A DNA stretch of 53,900 bases, the filler included, from Sphacelaria rigidula (Eukaryota), in NCBI GenBank assembly GCA_964200075.2. It is 5 parts of 5 records of this genome, joined end to end, with 100 filler letters (N's around TTAATTAATTAA, not from the genome) between each part and the next. Parts side by side here need not be neighbours in the genome. Positions count along the whole stretch, not along the records: positions 1 to 10,700 come from CAXNAA020006060.1; positions 10,801 to 21,500 come from CAXNAA020006061.1; 3 more parts are not named here. One strand, 5' to 3'. The notes below the pieces were generated by a model, which saw nothing but the letters and a program-made list of their open reading frames with translations, was not told the origin of the DNA and did no database searches. The position numbers were made by a program, and so were the translations under genes. How positions within the stretch are numbered: position 1 is the first letter of the stretch; each line of letters opens with the position of its first letter. Of this stretch, positions 1 through 13,595 are shown in pieces.

Positions 1-177
1 ATCTTCCGTGCAAGAGAGATATTCCACTTCAACCCCATATTTTGTATGAACCCCAAAATTTAAAATCGGCTGTTTGTACGCATCGATTTGTCTACTTTGT
101 CCTCTCAGTTTGTACGTCGAGCTACCTGAAACATACTGAACGCGTATCCCAAAATAGAGAGAAGCATAGGTGCCGGC

Positions 178-520
178 CGCGCTGGTGGCTCAGTTAGTAA
201 CCTCGACACCTTTTGACGGTTGGGTCGTGGATTCGGATCTCGGTGAAGTCACATGATCGGGATTTTTTCTCACACCATACCCAACAAGAGTAGTAGTGGA
301 GAGCGACTATGTCGTGGGTACTCAAAATTCAAAACTCGACTTCACCGCCGACGGGGGAAAGGGACCGCTGAACCCCTCCCGCGAAAAAAAATGAGGCTAG
401 CACCGCAGAAGGAAGATGCAGTACTAAACTACTCCTATGTTGACATTCCTCGTGGGTGGCCCCGGCTGATGGGCCCACAACTACCGAAAGGTTTGGACTG
501 GCGTCCAGAATGGATGGAAT
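178..520 (+). mobile_element. tRNA-derived SINE-like element
   Basis: Box A-like TGGCTCAGTTAG and box B-like GGATTCGGATC, without a foldable cloverleaf. 3' boundary approximate. Confidence 0.5.
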
Positions 521-870
521 GACAACCCTCACATACAAACCCAAATGTACCTGAAAATGGAGAGCTACAAACACGGAACACCGACAATGGTCTGTAAAAT
601 AGTCATATACCAGACTTGCGTTGTTCCTCGTCGCTCCGTACAAGTACAGCACCAGGCTGCGCGGAGGCAGATATACCTAAACCTAGTTGTTCACCATCTA
701 TTTGGCCTTTTTTTTCTGTTTGTGGTATCCGTCTCGCGTCGTATCTCTTCACCGCTAGTGCCGAGCTTGCCGTCTGATTTTCGACCTGCGTTTTAGTCGC
801 CCTCTGGCGAGCAGTACCCGCAGTCACACGCGCACACAACCATCACCGCAACCCCAGTAAGGCTGCCAAG

Positions 871-3800
871 ATGGATATCTACGCGGATCTACCCTCGTCT
901 AAAAGCAAAGGAGATGGAACTTCAGGGAGTTCTGGTTCCCCTGGCGTCACAGCGGGATCGAATGCTGGTAGTTCGACCACTACGCCGACCACTAAGGGAT
1001 CTTGGGCACACTCCAAGTTCCAAGGGATGATCGCCAAGCGCCGGACAGCTACTGCGGTGAGTGTGCTGGGCAGTGCCATGGTGAGGTTTCTACTTGTCGA
1101 GCGTGCGTGTGCCATGTGTTCTGCGGTTTGGGGCATAGCGTACGCTCCACTCCGTGCTGTGCCTGTCCTGTATCGTGGTGGGGATGCCGATATGTTTCAA
1201 GCTGCCGTCGGTACTGTTACTGTCTGTGCCCTGCGATTTGTGCCGTACTCTTGGGCAAACTACTCCGTTCTGCTCTGTGTGTGGTACTGTGCTGAGGGTA
1301 GAGTGGCGCAGTGCGCTTCTGGTATGCAGCGAGCTGTCCCCACTGATTGCTGCCCCGCGGGTAGTGCACGAATGGGAGGACTATGCGTGTACCGGTTAGG
1401 TAGCGTGCCGACTGTTATGTACTACAATATACTGCGCTGTAGGGTGTGACGGAATATACCACCCCCCGGGGCAATTGGGCTTTCAACTCTGTTTCTCTAA
1501 AGATGTCGCACTACATCGAGACTGGTGGTACTTTCAGCTGACCCCTGACAAATCTGTTTCCGGAGTCTCAGGCGGGCTCTCACTACATCGTTTGATTTAT
1601 ATTATACATTTATCTTGTATTTCTTCACTCTACTCCATTATTCACCTACCGAATCGTACTTCCTAGCGTTTTTCATCAGTGGCTGACTACGAAATTGTGA
1701 TGGGAAATCATCATTGTGTCATCGCAGTACAAGTATAGCATCGAAGGTGTGCTTGGAAAGCATATTTTCTGTGTCGAAACTTCTTACTTTTTTCTCGTGC
1801 AATAGGCGAAACCTCTGAACAGGCTCGTTCCGAACGCTTTGAATGAGAAAACCTGCCCCGACGACCTCGGCACCTGAGAATAATCTTGTGCCGCTTGCCG
1901 ATACGACTAACCACAACAAGGTAAAATAGTTGTGAGGAAAATAACAATCAAAATCAGCATTTTTGCCATATTTTGTACTTGTCATTGCTTCTTATCATAT
2001 TAAATACCCGCTCTGCTCTTGTGGGAGAACCCCTTTATCCTGGACGAGCCTTGGTCACACCCCTCGGAACACCTTGTTTGAATGATGAATGCTCTGATTG
2101 TTGGTCGCGCATGAACTGATCCGCCACGAATCCCAGCCTCGATCACAAGATAGACATACCCAAGTTACAGAAAAACGGTAACCATCGGCAGAAGGAACTC
2201 GAGGGAGAGGAGGGAAAATGTGAAGGAGAGAGAGAGGAAACTGCACACGGAAGTAAGAGGGGAGACTAGAAAGGACGAGGATAAGGACAAGAATGACGCT
2301 CGGCCGGGATCAAGTACCGGTCCCGAGAAAAACAAACAATCACGGCAGGCCTCTGCCGTATGCATGGCTTCGTGTAAGGAGACCCTGCATGCTCATGACA
2401 GAATACATCGAGGCTAGGAAGCGGTACACATACCAGTTACTGGCACATTGGCACATACTCTACTGGATCATTAAACGCTTTCCTTCGTTCTTCTTCACTT
2501 GTCCCCCCCCCCCCCCCCCCCCCCTCAGTATTTCTTCGGTCGTGTCGCAAAAAAGTTGGTCAAGCGTATTTCTTCTTCCTCCTCCGACCCGTCTTCTTTT
2601 AGTGGTTCAAAGTAGGCCGCCGCGCCCAGGGGGGGGTGTATGAGCCCCAGGGGGTCTAAATTAAATGGTACACCAATCGCCACTTCTGGCAAGAGTTTGC
2701 GGGTTCGGGTCCGACTCTCAACGCATGACCTATTTTTACGCAGAATCTGGCTGTAGAGCGTACGGACGGGAGTTGTAGCGAAGTAAAAGTGACGCGAGTC
2801 GACGGGGTGTGGAAGTACTGGTCTAATGCTCGATACTGTAATAGCATTGCGAGACATGTACCGGGGAAGAGATGAGCTAATTTGTCGAGACTTCGGAATC
2901 CTCAGAGGAAAAAGAGGGGTTAAAAGTATCAATGGGATAGAAAAATGTCTACATCCTTCACGACTAGTTTCGACGTCCGTGTTTCGGAAGTCGTGGAACG
3001 TGGGACAGTGATTCCGAGCGTTCCTTCATCCACTTTGTAGTGTCCAAGTAACACTGGAAACCTCGACGTCGTCTTGTCTCACGCCCTTTCAAGAATCGGC
3101 ACTACGGAAAAAAAAATCGTTTTCATCAGTCATCATCCAGAGGTCAGATTTTGGTCCTTGGGCACGAGCTCAACCCGCTGTGCTGGGAGCATTTCGTATG
3201 TTGGGCTTCTTGCTCCTGCGTCCAAAACATGGTGTACTTTATGCCTTCCTAGGGCATCAGTCAACGTGCGACAATCACTCAATCAAGCAAATAAACAAGC
3301 AAACGTAATGCTGACCTTGTCTTTCCCGCTCTCCCCCGCGATCGTCACTGTGTGCTATTTCAGGCAACATCGAGGATGGCACCGCCGCCGTTGCTGAAAC
3401 GACCTGGACCTCCGTCGGCCGCAGCTAAGGACAAAAAAGACGCTTCCAAGGAAGGTGCAAGACCAAAGCCCAAGGCTAAGCCCGGCATTCAGGCCAACAC
3501 CAAGAATGAGGTAACTCTGCAAAATAAAATACAACGAGATACTCTATACCGGTTATTCCACGATTAAGTCATTTTCCGGGGAGATGACGTTTTTTTTCCG
3601 AGGTGAACGTTTGTGATTTGATTTTGAATTATCTCCAGGGATCGATGGGCGCTTCATTCCCATGTACAAACACATGGGGGTTAGTTGGTTGTGCAACGGT
3701 TGTTGATTAGGATGGACAGAAGCTGTGACAGCATGGCGGGTGACGGCATTATTTACCCTCTTCATGGGGGGCACTAACCCCTATGTGTGTGTCACAGCAT

Positions 3801-6800
3801 GATGCGCCTTGGTGTAACTTCTTTTTCGTTTCTTTACTGCAGGATTTTTTTCCGACCGATGAAAAAATTAGCCTGGGTTCAGTGCTAAAATCCAAGTCAA
3901 GAAGCGGAAAACCCACTCATTCCCCTGCAGCAAGCGATACCCCTCATTTTCTGTATTTACACGGAGAGTCCAACGTGTTTTGCAGGGCAGTAGACCTAAA
4001 ACAATGTTCATACACGATGGTTGACAGGGATGACTGCTTGGTTCTAGACTTGAGAAAGTTCCGGAAAAAATCATGGTTCGGGGCAGGTGAGCAGTGGACG
4101 CAGCTCGTCCAAAACGTGTTTTTGTCGAAATCGGCGCCTGCGGCGTCGATTTGAGGTCTGCCAACGCACACTTTGCCTTGGGAAACTCATCACACCCTCC
4201 TTGCCCGAGGGTCTCGTGCGCCTTGGGTCGGGGTCAGGGTTTGTGTCAGTGTTAGTCTTGGTTTGTAACATTCCATGATGTTTCCCATCAAGCATTGTGT
4301 ACGAAAAATTCTCCACGCCCCCTCTTCCGGGGGGCGGATAGTTTTAGCGCAGGGGACCAGGGTGAATGTTGTTTTCACGTACCGACGACTTCAAATCCCC
4401 AAGCGCTGTTCGGTCGCTTGTACGCCACATCTCCGAGCACTCCGGTACGATTCTTTCCCAGTAAAGTCCCCAAAAGATCCGTTGTCAGCGGTTATTCAGA
4501 AGAGAAGGGTGTACGGCGTGGAAGATATCTCATGGGAAGGGCTGGTTTGCAGGTCAACATGAAGGATGACGTAATTGGGTGATTCTCGATAGAAAAATGG
4601 CCTCCAGGCTCCGCTGAACCCGTGTGTATACCGTACTTAAGGTACTCAGCGCGAAAGTGAAACGTAGGGCGGCGATATCTGCGCCCGCCAAGCCCTTCTT
4701 TGTCTCAAAGCCTTCAAACAGATGTATGTGTCTAGGCGTACATACGGTAGTAGCCCGCTCACGACAACTAAAAATTGAGCTCAGCCTGAGTTTCTTATCA
4801 GATGCACCAGGCTTACTGTATTGGAGATATTGTAGCGCTCGTCGCTCACACTCAACGCTCACGTATCTGTTGTTGTAATTTCAGCCCGATTTTTCGTTCA
4901 GTCCCCTCTCTTATGAGCGGACGGGTAGTCTACTAAGTGCTGCATGCCCAAGTTCTCCGTGAGTTTAGTGACCGCTCGCCCACCCTAGTTCCGGCGCAAG
5001 CTCTTCTACTAGGTGGCGAACTTCCGAGATAAAAGTTTTTGTCGCTCCTGCATATTAAATGAATACGAAAGTGACCATATACATGCGCAGACATTCTATT
5101 GTAGTGACTGTAGCCGTTTCATCGTCTCTCCCTCATTTTTTTTCTCTCTCGTGCTCCTCATTTTTTGCGTGTTTTGACCGTTCTTGCAATACCACCTTTT
5201 TTTTTTCTTTCTAGAGTATACGATGGTGGTGCCGCTGCAAGGTCAGTAGATATTTTATACCAGTGCAAGCAGAAAATGGTCGAGTTCACAAGAGGACGCT
5301 CAGTCTTGAAGTAGATTTAGTGTTACCTACAATTCCGGCCGGAGGGATGGGTTTTACGAGCCGATGTCCACCGCCGTGGAGTATGACCCTCCCTTGAAAA
5401 CTACCGCGTGGCAATGGGGACACCACCACCGAAGACTTCCCCGTGTTTCGCCCATCACCGTTTAACCCCTTTCGGGATCCTCTACCTCACAATCGTGTGT
5501 TGGCGGCAGGTGTCCATTTTTGTTGTTTTCAAGTCAAAATGATGCTGCAGGGGCCCTTTTGTGAATCAGCATCATTTTGACTTGAAGGCAGCACACATGG
5601 ACACATGCTGCTAACACACGTTTGTGGGGGCAAAGTGCCACATACCATTGGGGGGAGTCCGGTCCCGAAAGGGTTATTGTGCAGGATTTAGTCGCTGCAG
5701 AATTGTGGCACTAATCAATCGCCGCTTGTTATCATGTCTTTCTCCACGTTTGTTGCATGGTGTTTTTTTTCGTTGTTCTAGGCGCTAGCACCACCCCCGC
5801 CCCCGGCAAATCGCCCCAAGTCGTGGGACATGGGATTCGGAGACGTGGATGATGACTACGATCCGTTTCGGCCGAACGACTACATGGAGTACTGCAAGGA
5901 GCGTATCGACCGCAAAAAACAGGAAGAGCGGGATAGGGAACTCAAGATCATCATGGAGGAACAGGAACGAGAAGTGAGTTTGTTGGATGATTGATCTCCG
6001 GGCGGCATCGTGATGATTCGGGATATAGTTGGCGAGGGGGGTAGGGTCGTGCTCATTTGTTGCTTGCCTTAGTCGCATCGACCCTTTAAAAACCTACAGT
6101 AGCTGAAGTTGCGGGCACAAGTCTAGCCCCCAATTTTCAGGTGAGGTAGAGTGTCTTAGCCTCCCCCACCAGTTAAAAGTAGGGCAGAGATACGTGATCC
6201 AATCATGAAGTTTCGAAGGAATGTGGCGTAATTACCACGAAATTCTTGCTTACAGATGGACCAAAAATTCGACTGGTGGCATACTTATGAGGGGGAGGGG
6301 GGCGGCGGATGGCGGGTATGATCGGGCAGGCAGTTCTCTTTGGCGAAAATCGTATATAAAGTGAACAATGCAAGATGAACATGGGTTTGTAAAGGGTTCT
6401 CAATGCAAGGGTCCACGACTGCAGATATTCATGTGTTACCCTGGGTACGTCCATCTAATAACCACGGCTGTATTTTGTGGCGGATGAGTTGATTTGCGAC
6501 CCTGAACGAATTAATCAAATGATACCTCCAGGCACTGAACTACTGGAAAACATTTCGCCCGTACTGCCATGTACAGTAGCAAGCTAGCCTTCCAGTTCCA
6601 CAGGGTGCTCAGAAACACGTCATTTTCTCGCACAGGACGGACACCATACCCCCCCCCCCTCCTCCCCCGAACATGTATGTCTTCAGTATAACCGCTCTCT
6701 CCGCTTCTCTTTTCAAATCCACAACCCCAACATCCGCGCGCCCCCAAACGCGTACACCCACCCACCCACACAGCGCAAACGAGCAGACGAAGAACGAGCA

Positions 6801-8177
6801 GCCACCATCCGAAAAATACAAGAAGCAGCTACCAAGGCGCACGAAGCAGCCGCAGCGGTTGGCGCCGGCTCGGGTGCCGGCGTCGGCGCTGCAGCCAAAG
6901 GCGGACCAGCGGGCCGTGGCGGTGGTGCCGGGGTGGCGGGTGTCGGGGACATGGCAGCCATGGAGGCTAGCATGGGGAGAGGGCGCGGACGCGGGCTATC
7001 TAACTTGCCGGCGTGGATGACAAAGGCGACAGGTACCGTGGCGGCGGCGGCGAAGGCACCAGCGGGAGCTCCGATGCCGGATGACGCTCGACCGGTGAGT
7101 GTGCGGCGTTTGGATTTGGATTTGGAGTTGGATTTTGTTGGCGTTTGTGTGTCTGGGTGTGCCTCCATGTGTGTTGTGTGTGTCATGTACGGAAGGTGGC
7201 TATTCCACTGCTCCGGAGGGTTGGAGAGGAGGGGGGCGGGGGGCGGGGGTTATCCGCCATGGGTGATATCCAACTCTCTTTCTTTGCGTGCGATTTCCGG
7301 AATCAAAGCATCGTCAAGCTACAAACATGTCGTTGAATAGAAATCGATATCAGAAGCACTCCAAGTAGTGTGCACTCTGCTACCTATTTCAAGCACTGGT
7401 TTTAAATTTGTGGATACGCCTGAGCGAAAAACTGGTGTCAACATCCTGTCCCTACCCCACCGCGGGATGACTCTAGACTTTGCTTTTGCGTATGTAGTGT
7501 AGCTCGTGGCTGTTGTGCCCAGAAAGTTTGCGCGTGACGTGTACCAACGATTATTCACGTGAGGGAGTGTACTCCATCCATGTCGAATACCATGCCATAT
7601 CTGTTGTAGGTAACCCTCCCATGCACTGTAGTAACCCGCTCGAAATATCTCTGCGCAGCCAGATCCTCCCCCTGCTCCTTCTCTCAGCAAGGTTCCCCCC
7701 CGAATACTCCGTTGCAAGTCGCTTCACATCCCGATTGCTCCGCATGTTCGCTGGAAAATCACCGCGTCTCTCGTTGACGCCCCCCCCCCACCCCCGAAGA
7801 AACATTCGCCACCTCAAAATTACCCCGTCTCTCTTCTGTCCCAGTCGCCTGCCCACATGTAATCTCACACGCACAAACACATTCGCCCAAAAATCACCCC
7901 GCACCTGTATTCACCCGCTGCTCATCGACAACAAACGCATATTTGACAGGAACCGCCGACCCCAGGGAGAAAAATTCCCCCGCCAGTCCCTGGCCAATTC
8001 GACAGCACGTCGGAAGCAAGGCCGGGGAAGATTGGTGCGGGCGCGGGTGCAGGGGGAGCGGGAGCCGGAGCGGGAACTAGCTCGGAGAGCGGGATGAACT
8101 TTGCGGAGCGTATGATGGCGAAGATGGGGCACAAGGAAGGAATGGGTGAGTGTGTGAAGAGAGTTTGTTGCAAATGG

Positions 8178-8217
<40 letters not shown>

Positions 8218-10056
8218 CAGTAGTCGTACGCGAAAAATCGCAGTTTTGCGAGGAATGGACAGGGTTGGTGATTCGTGAGCTACTGCAGAGTTTCTGCGAT
8301 ATGTTGAGTTGCCTGTGTGTAGAAATGCCTCGAAACATTGTGCACTGAACTTATTTGTTAATTACTGTATGTTCCTCTTGTGAACTAAAACCTGGGTGGC
8401 AATTTCCGGGGGTTTTCATATCTGCAATCGATTTTGTATTAGTCACGTGGCCGGCAGTTTTACAGAGGAACAAGAGCGAGGCTATTGAGTAACATGAACC
8501 CGCCAAAACAGTTCCCGATACATTATTACTCTGTAGTGGTGAATCAGTACTGTAGCTGCGGTGCCCGTCTCATGCTCCCCTGAAAGCACAGGTCCAGCAG
8601 ATGGTGTCGTAGGTATCCGTTTCGTACTTGACACAGGGTAGCCTTCCACCGAAGGACAGCAACGTTTTTCTTGAGCACGCTCAATCCTCAGGAACTTTAC
8701 CCGCGAAAGTGTGAACACGCACTAGGAATCAACGCAGCCCCCCACCACCCGTCGTCCTCTCCCTCACCTCGCCTCTCGAGGAGCACCCAGCTCACACCAA
8801 AAAATGCATCATTGAACGTACAGGAGGACCGTAGGATACGTACAACAGTAGGGGCATGCCACACCGTAGCGGTTATGTGCAGCAAAGTTCGGAAGACACA
8901 AAATATTATCTTGGTCAACCCTTTAGCGAGAGTAGATCATCTGTTGGATCGGCGTCAAAGATTTCACTGGAAAAAAAGTACGCATAATCCAGATGGACCA
9001 CCCTCCTCGCGGTAAAAGGATTAACGACAGAATTGCAATACACCGGTTGACGGAATACGACACAGATACATACCACTGCCGACCCCTCGCGATGATGGGG
9101 TTGATCTTGATGCTGCTGCTGCTTGTGTTAGTGTTGACGTGTTGATGTTGGCGTTGACACGGTTGGTGTCAGTGTCGGTGGTTGGACTACCGCTGTCGCC
9201 AGCTAGTGTTATCTTGCACCGGGGGTTGTTGTGCACGGGCCGATCTTTGATAATCCTCTGCAAGTGGAGAGTGAAGCTGGATGAATCGTGGTGGCCCGTG
9301 TCGGGTGCGTCCACCGCAACGCACTTGATGTATTACTTCGGACCCCTGGACAGCCGGACAGCAATGTCAACAAGTGTCCTGAGTACAGTTATCGAATATT
9401 TTGTCCGATGTATTGGAAAATAGATTCAATACTGTACGCAACGCACTTTTTTTTACAACGAAATCTAATGTAGTCTATTGTCCAGGATGTGATATACTCC
9501 ATTTTTTTTCGTGATTGCTTCGTTCGTTTTCTCGTGTCGCTGTCGTCGTTTACTCTGGCATCGACTGGAGAGGGAAAATAGACTGTTGTGCAGGTCTCAC
9601 CGTAGCCCCGGTACCGTGTCTTTCTTTTTTCATGGGGCGGTGGGAGCACTTCGCCTCTCCCTCCCCCCTCTACAGTGTCTTCTCCTCATACGTTTTGTGT
9701 ATTTTGTGTATGCGCCCTTCATCTCGATTTTTGTTCATGTCTGTGTAGATATATACTTTCTTCGGTTTTTCGCTTACACGCAGCCGAGGCCTAACTGCGA
9801 GCCACTGTCCCCCGAAACATGGCGCTGTGACTTTAGCATGTGTGTTGTGTGCGTCCACATTCGGCCGTTTTTCACTCAGAGTTCTCCCTCATCTTTATGT
9901 TGCCCCATGCTTACCTCTGACCCGTAACCTGTTCCCCTCTCTTGGTCTCCGTGCAGGGCTGGGAGCGTCCAGGCAGGGTATCAGTCAGCCACTGCAGTCC
10001 ATGTCCGCTGGCGGAGGCATGGGAGTAATAGACATGCACCACTCTGACAAGAAAAG
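871..10056 (+). CDS. SPF45: Splicing factor 45 / RBM17 / DRT111-like G-patch protein, spliced, 3'-partial (exons 871-1056, 3364-3510, 5782-5973, 6774-7094, 7950-8145, 9957-10056)
   Basis: Six GT-AG exons join in consistent phase (0,0,0,0,1). Exon 3 encodes the SPF45 motif DDDYDPFRPNDYMEYCKERIDRKK. Exons 5-6 encode a G-patch (NFAERMMAKMGHKEGM|GLGASRQGISQPL). The C-terminal UHM/RRM exon is not seen before the linker at 10701. Confidence 0.88.
5466..5673. mobile_element. Foldback MITE with piggyBac-like ends in SPF45 intron 2
   Basis: TTAA|CCCCTTTCGGGA ... TCCCGAAAGGG|TTAT termini. Internal arms TTCAAGTCAAAATGATGCTG / CAGCATCATTTTGACTTGAA. A related left end, TTAACCCTTTTAGGACCGGA, occurs at 53781. 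Confidence 0.7.
8178..8224. repeat. (GTA)n microsatellite
   Basis: Directly visible in SPF45 intron 5. Confidence 0.95.
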
Positions 10057-10649
10057 GTGGGGAATGAGTTTAGGGTTTGGGGCGGTTGGATTATGACTTT
10101 ATATTGTTTTTGGGCAACAGTTTGTTTGGTTATTTTTGCTGCTGTTTCTAGGCGTGAGTCTCGGGAAAATGATGAAAACTTCATGTCTCGTAAGGAATAG
10201 CAGGGACGGTATTGGAAAGACGAGCCTATGTCTGTGACCACGGGTTCGAAAGATCGGACTGATGTGCGTAAGTAGTAATAATGTGTGAGCACCAGTAAGG
10301 TTCGGCGTTAACGCTTAATGCACTCGATGCCCTTTGACTCCATGTGTCCATCGGGTTTACCAAAGTGGCGTAAGTGCCCTGCAACAGAAATCATACGGGG
10401 GGAAAACGGTAGCGACTAGGCAGGATGTTGAAATTATCACGAATGTACCTCCACCGATACACATGTATACCCCTGATCGACCTCGAGCGGTTGAAGTCTC
10501 TTGACCCTTGGATCGCCAGGATGAGTCATCTCAGTGTTTCGCTCATTTGTCCTATGAAAACGATTCTCATTCAACAGACGATGACCTACTCTGGCGGTCA
10601 AAGGGTCAAGCGCATGCATTCACCACATTTTTCTCCTTATCATACTTTC

Positions 10650-10698
<49 letters not shown>

Positions 10699-10700
10699 AC

Positions 10701-10800
10701 NNNNNNNNNNNNNNNNNNNNNNNNNNNNNNNNNNNNNNNNNNNNTTAATTAATTAANNNNNNNNNNNNNNNNNNNNNNNNNNNNNNNNNNNNNNNNNNNN
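10701..10800. other. Artificial linker N44-TTAATTAATTAA-N44 (also 21501-21600, 32301-32400, 43101-43200)
   Basis: Identical 100-bp spacer with stops in all six frames, recurring exactly every 10,800 bp. Confidence 0.97.
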
Positions 10801-11839
10801 CCCTTTCGGGCAATCAGGCAGAAGAAATCGTGAATTTGGTGATCTTGAGTCGTGATGATTTGTCCTAACCGTGTATTCATTGCACTATGGACAATTGTAT
10901 CGCAAGAGCGTCGGCAGCGGCATCTTTGGGTCGCTGATGACAAGACTTACATGCACAACGCTTTGTGGAACCTTCACTGCATGCAGGCGTGCACCCGAAA
11001 AAACAGTACGGTAGAGTATGCCTGTACTAACCCTGCGATTGCAACCCGGGCCCGGGCAGAAAGTCAAATGAACTGGAACGCAGCGGCTAGCGAGGACGAC
11101 TTGCTCCCCCAAGCTTCTGGTAAGGGCTGCTCGTAGCTCTAACATTTCAATGGGCTGACTACGCTACGCGCGCACAAGCTACACGCGGTCTGCTGCTGAC
11201 GGCAGCCAAAAACTTGGCAGTTCGTGCCGAAAAGAGAACACGAGAGTGACATAAAATTTCCACGTCATGCAGTTGAAAAAGCGCATACACTGCTGTTGCC
11301 GAATCCACCACGAGACGTACACTCGTGACCCTTGATTGATCATGATTTGATTAATTGTCGCACTTTGGCTGACCCCCCAGATTCAGCCGTGGTCACACAA
11401 TTGACGTACCAGAGACAAAACAAAACTGAAACACTCGCTGTAAAAGAAATGAAGAATCAGAAAATGTAGAACACAACATAGTAGTCTACGACATAAAAAA
11501 AAAGAAATAAATGAGCAGAAGATAAAAAATAAAAATAAATGGCTGGCCTTTGCCGCATGGCTTCCGCGGAAAATATCTTGCGCAAAACTACACTCATACC
11601 CAGTCGTAGAGAACAAAAGACCGTTGTAAAGGAAAAGCTAAAACGAGACGCGATGGGCCGGTCTAGACGGCTATTTGTGGTTTGCAGCCCCCGTTTGAGA
11701 GTTGAACTATCAAATTTGGTACGGAGAATGAGTAAGTAGGGCATAATGAAAAAATAACAGTCGAGACCAATATATATATATATATATATATATTCATGAG
11801 TTAAAGGCAATGATCAGGACCTAGTTTTCGGGACAACGG

Positions 11840-12112
11840 GACATGGACATATTATTCATATACCGTGAGATGTGACAATGACACCCAGGAAACATCTGCA
11901 GTACGCTTGGTTCATGCTGTATCAGAGATGGGAACCATGTACGTATGTTTCATGCTCTATGAATGACAGGTGGGAAACAGGTCATCTTAATTCATACCGT
12001 GAGAACGACAGGTGGGAAACATGTACAGTACCTCGATTCATGCCGTATGAGTGATAGATGGGGAACATGTACTTATGATTCATGCCGTATGGATGAAGGT
12101 GAGAAATATGCA
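11840..12112. repeat. Degenerate ~40-bp minisatellite (ATTCATGCCGTATGAATGACAGGTGGGAAACATGTAC)
   Basis: About 6 diverged units. Related arrays at ~15740-16135 and ~17070-17200. Confidence 0.7.
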
Positions 12113-12480
12113 AGCCTCATTTATACCAATAACCGCTGAGAAGTGAAGAGGAATCCCCGTTCTCAGAGGAATCGTGCGATTTGAATCATATAAGAAACCA
12201 AGCACTTACTCCAAGCATCATTGCCGTTCTACAGTACAGCTTTCGCGCCTTAACCCTTTGGCTGGTATGGTAGATAATCCGTTGAATCAGCATCATTCTT
12301 CCTCGAAAAATGAAGGGGGGGGATATACAAAGCAGAGTATACCCTCAATTTTCAGTAATAACATAGGGTAGCGCACGTTTCGGTTCGGGTTGCAGCACTG
12401 CACACGGGCTGGGCATCTGTATTGCACGTTCCAACGCCTTAGCCCCATGCCCAACGTGCTTGGGCAGAATGGACAACTTT

Positions 12481-12821
12481 TTCACAGGTCGGACGAGTCA
12501 TTACTCGTTCAGACGAGTGCACTCGTGGGTGTTTCTCCGAAACACAACGAGCATGACTCGAGTGCTCACCCGATTGATTTTTTCCGCAACGAGCGATGAC
12601 TCGAGTGCTCGCCCTATTGATTTTTTCCACAACGAGCAATGACTCGAGTGCTCGCCCTATTTTTCTTTTCCACAACGAGCTATGACTCGAGTGCTCGCCC
12701 CACTAATTTTTTCCGCAACGAGCAATGACTCGAGTACTCGCCCTAATATTTTTCACGGCCAACGAGCAGCCCAACGAGTGCGAGTGCCACGAGTGACACT
12801 CGTGCTTGTCCGACGTATGAA
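12481..12821. mobile_element. MITE with TIRs and internal ~40-bp tandem subterminal repeats
   Basis: Left end TTCACAGGTCGGACGAG versus right end (reverse complement) TTCATACGTCGGACAAG. About 5 units of AACGAGCAATGACTCGAGTGCTCGCCCTATTGATTTTTTCCRC. Confidence 0.75.
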
Positions 12822-13595
12822 GTCTTCCCAGGGTTTTTTGGGGTCGCCAGCCTATACTAAAACGTAGTAGTTACATTAACACAGGGTGGAGTGGGAAAAA
12901 CCGGGAAGGAGTGTACATGCCACAATGTGGTCACTTTCACGAGGCACGAAACCCAGGTGGGCCGTTGAAATACAACAGGAGCTACCGTCATGAATTCTGC
13001 TCATTCCTCTGCCGATGACTCTCAGAACACTGTCAAGATGTATGTAGTGTACGGGGATGAACAAGCTGTGTATAGGCAGCTGATCTCCGTCGCTGAGAAC
13101 TGCCCAGAATGCGCAAGGGAGTATGCAGCGGCAGCTGTTGCTGCATTCGGAGAGGCGTACTGCACTGTTTTTTACGGTTGTATGTATGCGCACCACAACG
13201 CCCATATCCTTTCAAGATATTTTGCCGCTTGCAACAAGGAGGGAAATAGCGGCCCACCCCGACCACAAAGGGCTGTGTGGAAAGGTGATGGGGACAATAA
13301 TATCATCCAAAGTCACAAGTGGAGGGCGGCCCGCCGGTCGCCGCATCCTGTTGAAAGTTCTCTATCGTACGGCGACACATACTACTGCTTACTACATCAG
13401 ATATTCATTATCAAATGTGCACCCTGCACCTGAAAATAGCGTGGATGAAACTTTCGGTCTTCGTCATAACCTGCCGTTACATACGCGGATTTTCAGCAAC
13501 ATGCCACTGTTTCATGCAGACGCCAGACACGTCATTCCTGACCAGCCTCATTGATCGTTCTGGAGGCCCGGTTCCAAAAGGCTTACTTTTTCCAA

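Noticed and set aside
178-253. Possible tRNA gene
   Set aside because: Only box A/B-like motifs are present; acceptor and anticodon stems do not pair. Treated as a SINE head, as is 19760-19830.
871-1449. 192-aa single-exon ORF as a full gene
   Set aside because: Only 871-1056 is coding. A strong donor (GCG|GTGAGT) follows, and the remainder is GT-rich intron.
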